A DNA stretch of 64,000 bases from Candidatus Latescibacterota bacterium (lineage in GTDB: Bacteria; Latescibacterota; UBA2968; GCA-2709665). A model generated the notes under the pieces. That model was not told where the DNA came from and searched no databases. It saw only the letters and a list, made by a program, of their open reading frames with translations. The translations under genes and the position numbers were made by a program. Location of the stretch: NCBI GenBank assembly GCA_965116875.1, contig OZ220733.1:3040001-3104000 (forward strand), written 5' to 3'. Positions 59,291-64,000 of this stretch are shown one piece after another. The stretch's first letter is position 1. Each line of letters opens with the position of its first letter.

Positions 59291-59482
59291 TCGCGTCGCC
59301 GCTGCTTACCGGTCGACCCATCGACCGGCCCGATGCGACTCTGGTCACTGCATCCACGTTATCCGGGCTGGCAATTGTACGATCACCGGCGGCTCAGCGC
59401 TTGTACATCGCGCGGCCGCCGGTTTTCTTTGGCGCCCCGAAATTTCGAATTCCATTCCTCGAATCTTTCCTCCCTTCGCCAT

Positions 59483-60019
59483 CTAACGCCCCAATAGCTG
59501 TTCGAGGGCCCAGTCGAGTTCTGCTTCCGTATCGGGTCCGTAGCCCATTTGCATGTACCTGAGACGGCCCTTCCTGTCAACCAGATACGTGGTTGGAATG
59601 CTCCGGACGTCGTAGTCCGATTGTACGCCGGGATCGGCGAACAGGACCGGAAAGGTGTAGCCGTTTTTCCGCATGAACGGCTCCACGCGCGCCCGGTCGA
59701 AATCGGAGTTGATGGCAAGAACCGTCAGGCCATTGTTGCGATACCGTTCGTGCAATTTTTGAATATGCGGCAATTCGTACAGGCACGGAACGCACCAGGT
59801 CGCCCAGAAGTTGATCAGGACAACACGGTCTTTATTGTCGGATAACCGCATGACCGAACCGTCCGGACTGTCCAGCGCGAAGTCGGGTGCGGCCGGGCCC
59901 ACGGGCAGCGCGTTCTCCGGCTCGGGCGCCTCCGCGAGAATCTGCCCCAGCGCAACACCCGCCAGCACAACCGCGACGCCCATAAACACCCAGGATTTCC
60001 ATCCAAACCCAAATTTCAT
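59483..60019 (-). CDS. TlpA/ResA family thiol-disulfide oxidoreductase
   Basis: APDFAL, INFWATWCVPC, SIPTTYLVD; N-terminal anchor; GAGGA RBS. Confidence 0.92.
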   Translation of the reverse strand: MKFGFGWKSWVFMGVAVVLAGVALGQILAEAPEPENALPVGPAAPDFALDSPDGSVMRLSDNKDRVVLINFWATWCVPCLYELPHIQKLHERYRNNGLTVLAINSDFDRARVEPFMRKNGYTFPVLFADPGVQSDYDVRSIPTTYLVDRKGRLRYMQMGYGPDTEAELDWALEQLLGR

Positions 60020-60245
60020 ATCGCTATCCTCTCCAGTTCCGCAGACAGACCCCGCCTTCACACCGGCTTCCTCAATGTGACAGTTCCGGCCAGCGATTAA
60101 AGTATACATTTCAATCAAGGTTATTGCAAATCATGTCATTCTGAGCGCAGCGAAGAATCTCCTGTCTTCTCGATTGTCCTGTTGATGTAATCACATTTGC
60201 GCGGACGCCTTGCAAGCCTCGAGCCCACCTGCCGCACGTGTGTCC

Positions 60246-61382
60246 CTACGGCGTGAAAATCAGGATTTGATCCGAAATCTCCTCCTTGACCGTATGTCCA
60301 TTGCCGGCATCCTTCGATCCGCCGGCGATCATCACGCGGCCGTCCGCGAGCAGCGTTACCGTAGGCGACGACCGCCACCCGATGCTGTGTCCTGTAGGAG
60401 AGAATGCCTGCGTGTCAGGATTGTACAGTGCGATATCGCCGTTGTATGAGCGGATGAGGAGCACGTCACCGGACGGCAACAGCACGGCGGCGCTCGGGTC
60501 GATCGTGGAAACGCCGGCCGGCGAAAACGCGTTTGTTTCAGGATTATACATCTCGGCCGTCTGCAAGAAAGTCCCAGTTTCGGTGTGCCCCCCAATGATC
60601 AGGACCCTGCCGTCCCGAAGAAGCACCGCCTTATGGTTTGTGCGGTCGTACTGCAGATTACCGGCTTCGGATACGTCCCTGGACGAGGGATCGTAAATGA
60701 CGTTCCGTCCAACCAACCCGCCTTCAGGTCCGCCACGGTAACCTCCCACGATCAACACCCGGCCGTCTTTCAACAGCGTCGCCGAATGGCGGTATCGAAT
60801 TTCCTCCCTCTTGTAGATGGAGTGAAATGCGCGCGCATCCGGGTCGAAAACACCCGTGTGGTCCCCGGACGTCACAAAGACCTTTCCATCGTGCAGGAGG
60901 GTCGCGGTTGAGATGTTCGCATTGGATGGCACGTCCGCCACGGCCTGGAATCGCCCGGATTGAGAATCGTACATCTCTATTGGGAGGATTCCATTTCCGG
61001 GCATGATCAGGACGCGACCGTCAGGAAGCAAGATTCCATTGTCGTTGTAACGTCTGACGGTCATATCTCCGGTTGGCGTAGAGGTCCCCGTTTCAGGATC
61101 GAACACCTCCGCGCTGGCGAGAGGACCCGAGGGCCGCCAGATGACAGTACCGCCCGGCGAAGGATCCTGGACTTCCTCAGGCGGCTCCGCCAGGCCCCCT
61201 GCGATCAGGACCTTGCCGTTCGGCAATAGTGTTGCCGCGTGCCAATGCCGTTGCTGGGTCAGATTGCCGACCTCGTGGAGACCCCTTTCAAGGGCCGGCG
61301 GCGCCGACGTGGTTACCGAGTCACTTCCACAAGCCCACAAGCTCGTGACGACGAACAGCGCAAACAGGATTTTGGTGGTCAT
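60246..61382 (-). CDS. Kelch/galactose-oxidase-like beta-propeller lipoprotein 1
   Basis: Lipobox LWAC; repeated R..H.ATLL.DG(K/R)VLI.GG...AE.(F/Y)DP. Confidence 0.88.
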   Translation of the reverse strand: MTTKILFALFVVTSLWACGSDSVTTSAPPALERGLHEVGNLTQQRHWHAATLLPNGKVLIAGGLAEPPEEVQDPSPGGTVIWRPSGPLASAEVFDPETGTSTPTGDMTVRRYNDNGILLPDGRVLIMPGNGILPIEMYDSQSGRFQAVADVPSNANISTATLLHDGKVFVTSGDHTGVFDPDARAFHSIYKREEIRYRHSATLLKDGRVLIVGGYRGGPEGGLVGRNVIYDPSSRDVSEAGNLQYDRTNHKAVLLRDGRVLIIGGHTETGTFLQTAEMYNPETNAFSPAGVSTIDPSAAVLLPSGDVLLIRSYNGDIALYNPDTQAFSPTGHSIGWRSSPTVTLLADGRVMIAGGSKDAGNGHTVKEEISDQILIFTP

Positions 61383-61517
61383 TTTCTTTCCTCCGCTTTA
61401 AGGGTCATTCAGTCCGACATCGACGCGATTGGGCGGGCGAGGCGGGCAGACAGGAATGTCCGCCCCACCTTCACACCGGGCATTCCTCAGCATAGCAGAT
61501 CTGGTGCGCGGTTACGC

Positions 61518-62654
61518 TCAGGGCGTGAATATAAAAACCTGATCCGTAATCTCCTCCTTGAACGTGTGTCCACTCCCGGTATCCTTCGAACCGCCGGCGA
61601 TCATCACGCGGCCGGCTGTCAGCAACGTTACCGTAGGAAACGACCGCCACCCTATGCTGTGACCTGTAGCAGAGAATGCATGTGTGTCAGGATTGTACAG
61701 TGCAATATCGCCATTATACGAGCGGATGAGGAGCACGTCGCCGGACGGCAACAGCACGGCTGCGCTCGGGTCGATCGTGGAAACGCCAGCCGGCGAAAAC
61801 GCGTTCGTTTCAGGGTCATACATCTCGGCTGTCTGCACGAATGGCCCTCTACCGGCGGTGCCGCCTACGATCAGTACCCTGCCGTCCTGGAGAAGCACCG
61901 CCTTATGGTTTATGCGGTCGAACTGCAAATTATCTGCTTCGGATACATCCCTGGACGACGGATCGTAAATGACGTTCCGTCCAACCAACCCGTCATCACC
62001 GCCGCCACGCAATCCTCCAACAATCAGCACACGTCCGTCCTTCAAGAGCGTCGCTGTATGGAGTATTCGAGTTTCCTCCCTCTTGTAGATGGAGAAAAAT
62101 TCGCGCGCATCCGGGTCGAAGACACCCGTGTGGTCCACCGAGGTCACAAAGACCTTTCCACGGTGCAGCAGGGTCGCGGTGAAGAGGGTCGCATTGGACG
62201 GTACCGCGGCCACGGCGTCGAATCTACCTGACTGGGAATCGTACATCTCAATGGGGAGATGACCGTACCTGGGCATGATCAGGACCCGACCGTCCGTAAG
62301 CAGAATTCCATTGTCGGCGTAACGTTTGACGGTCATGTCTCCCGTTGGCGAAGAGATGCCGGTCTCAGGATCAAATATCTCCGCACTGGACAGCAGTCCC
62401 GTGTGCTGGTAGATGACGGTACCGCCCGGAGAAGGGTCCTGGACTTCTGCAGGTGGCTCCGCCATGCCGCCTGCGATCAGGACCTTCCCATCCTGCAATA
62501 ATGTCGCGGCATGCCAATACCGGGGCTTGCTCAGACTGCCGACCTCATGGAGACCCCTTTCAAGGGCCGGCGGCGCCGACGTAGTCACCGAATCATTACC
62601 ACAAGCCCACATGCTCGTGACGACGAACAGCGCAAACAGGATTCTGGTGGTCAT
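61518..62654 (-). CDS. Kelch/galactose-oxidase-like beta-propeller lipoprotein 2
   Basis: Lipobox MWAC; collinear 378-aa paralog of the previous gene. Confidence 0.88.
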   Translation of the reverse strand: MTTRILFALFVVTSMWACGNDSVTTSAPPALERGLHEVGSLSKPRYWHAATLLQDGKVLIAGGMAEPPAEVQDPSPGGTVIYQHTGLLSSAEIFDPETGISSPTGDMTVKRYADNGILLTDGRVLIMPRYGHLPIEMYDSQSGRFDAVAAVPSNATLFTATLLHRGKVFVTSVDHTGVFDPDAREFFSIYKREETRILHTATLLKDGRVLIVGGLRGGGDDGLVGRNVIYDPSSRDVSEADNLQFDRINHKAVLLQDGRVLIVGGTAGRGPFVQTAEMYDPETNAFSPAGVSTIDPSAAVLLPSGDVLLIRSYNGDIALYNPDTHAFSATGHSIGWRSFPTVTLLTAGRVMIAGGSKDTGSGHTFKEEITDQVFIFTP

Positions 62655-62721
62655 TTTCTTACCCTCAATTGGAAGTGAACTGACATCCCGCTACCGCGTC
62701 ATTCGTCGCCTGCCGCTCCTG

Positions 62722-62970
62722 CACTTCGACACCCTTCGACAATCCTTCGGCAGGCTCAGGACAACGGCTCAGGGACCGAGCTCAATGCAAGCAGACTCAG
62801 GACAGACTATCGGTCTCCTAACAGCGGCACAATGACGTCCAATGAACTAAATTACGCGTGGTCATTGAGCTTGTCGAAATGCCCGCTATTCAACAGCTCG
62901 TCGACCCTTCGACAATGGTTATTGCGAAGCATGTCATTCTAAACGGACGCGAAGAACCTTCCGTCAGTTC
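62722..62970. repeat. nested CTTCGAC...GCTCAG REP cluster plus GTCATT...GAAG REP
   Basis: CTTCGAC-ACC-CTTCGAC-AAT-CCTTCGGCAGGCTCAGG...GGCTCAGG...GAGCTCAA...GACTCAGG; GTCATTGAGCTTGTCGAAATG. Confidence 0.65.
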
Positions 62971-62996
62971 CGCGCAGGAGGAGGATCTGCTGCCTC

Positions 62997-64000
62997 TCAG
63001 GGCGTGAAAATGAAAACCTGATCCGTAGTCAACTCCCAATCCTGATTGTCAGCCGTCCACTTCAATCCGCCGGCGACCATCACGCGGCCGTCTTCAAGGA
63101 GCGTGGCCGTAGCGAAAGACCTGCGCGGGCTGATGCTGTATCCTGTATTGGAAAATGTGTGCGTGGCCGGATCATACAGTACGATATCGCCGTTATACGA
63201 GCGGATGAGAAACACTTCGCCGGACGGCAGCAGCAGAGCGGCGCCTGGATCGATCGTTGAGACGCCGGCCGTCGAAAACGCATTGGTTTCCGGGTCGTAG
63301 GTCTCGGCCGTCTGCACGAATGGCCCTCTGCCGGCGACGCCGCCTATGATCAGGACCCTCCCGTCTTCCAGTAGCACCGCCTTATGTTGTACGCGGTCGA
63401 ATTGCAAGTTGCCTGCTTCCGAAAGGGCTTCGGTCGAGGGATCATAAATAAGATTCCGACCCAGCAACCCTGCGTCCCGTCCAACATTCTGTCCTCCAGC
63501 GATCAGCACCCTGCCATCCTTCAACAGAGTCGCCGTATGACCGATTCGGGAAGGGTCCATCCTGAATGAGGGAGAAAATGGGCCTGTAGTCGGGTCGAAG
63601 ACACCCGCGTATACCGTGCTGGTCAAGAAGACCTTTCCGCTGGGCAGCAGGGTGGCAGTCAGAATCCCGATTCTCCCAGGCAGAACTGCCACAGGGTTGA
63701 ATCTGCCGGAATGAGCATCGTACCTCTCAATGGGGAGATTGGGTTTTCCGGGTATAATCAGGACCCGGCCGTCGGGAAGCAATATGCCGTGGTCCTCGTT
63801 CCGACCGGCCGCCAGGTCTCCCGTTGGCGTTGAGACCCCGGTTAAAGGGTCGAATATTTCCGCGCTGATGAGACGCTTCGGCTGGGGAATGGAGGTACCC
63901 GGAGGAGGCGGCCCTTCGAGTACGGTCGGCAGTTCTTCGAGGCCGCCCGCGATCAGGACCTTGCCATCGTTCAGTAATGTCGCGGCATGCCAATACCGGG
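62997..64000 (-). CDS. Kelch-repeat beta-propeller protein 3 (5' end beyond window)
   Basis: Frame stays open to window edge (RYWHAATLLNDGKVLIAGG); ends DQVFIFTP like paralog 2. Confidence 0.88.
   Translation of the reverse strand, partial: RYWHAATLLNDGKVLIAGGLEELPTVLEGPPPPGTSIPQPKRLISAEIFDPLTGVSTPTGDLAAGRNEDHGILLPDGRVLIIPGKPNLPIERYDAHSGRFNPVAVLPGRIGILTATLLPSGKVFLTSTVYAGVFDPTTGPFSPSFRMDPSRIGHTATLLKDGRVLIAGGQNVGRDAGLLGRNLIYDPSTEALSEAGNLQFDRVQHKAVLLEDGRVLIIGGVAGRGPFVQTAETYDPETNAFSTAGVSTIDPGAALLLPSGEVFLIRSYNGDIVLYDPATHTFSNTGYSISPRRSFATATLLEDGRVMVAGGLKWTADNQDWELTTDQVFIFTP

Noticed and set aside
60246-64000. Kelch paralogs as targets of a diversity-generating retroelement
   Set aside because: No reverse transcriptase or template repeat in the window; differences include indels and are not visibly adenine-restricted.

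Overview
GC-rich bacterial chromosomal window with no rRNA, tRNA or CRISPR array seen. The FCB/Latescibacterota-like feel of the gene content is inference only. 1-16.1 kb: a bioenergetic block made of the 3' part of a multi-MrpD (Mnh) Na+/H+ antiporter operon, an orphan nuoN and a complete F1Fo ATP synthase operon (atpZ/I-B-E-F-H-A-G-D-C) with unusually divergent alpha/beta motifs. 16.2-22.4 kb: an AT-richer accessory patch with a consensus promoter, a structured RNA-like leader and terminator, YjzC-like and small Cys-rich ORFs, a nitroreductase, two Fic proteins, an MNT and MNT/HEPN remnants. 22.4-42.6 kb: catabolic and accessory genes (two heparinase II/III-like proteins, GNAT, deacetylase, cysteine hydrolase, esterase, C45 peptidase, DegT aminotransferase, creatininase, triple-DUF5069 protein, VapBC, DUF433, P-loop kinase, CutC). 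42.8-52.1 kb: a split PspA/polyamine module (lipoprotein-DUF350-SDR-membrane spermidine synthase facing pseudo-receiver-YbjN-PspA-DUF4178), with an IS1182 inserted in a hairpin and an RraA gene between the halves. 52.9-64 kb: recJ, two Gfo/Idh/MocA oxidoreductases, a frameshifted HpcH-like aldolase, TlpA and a tandem array of at least three Kelch-repeat proteins. Many intergenic spacers carry short repeated elements of several families. Two of these families lie in a single orientation regardless of gene direction.
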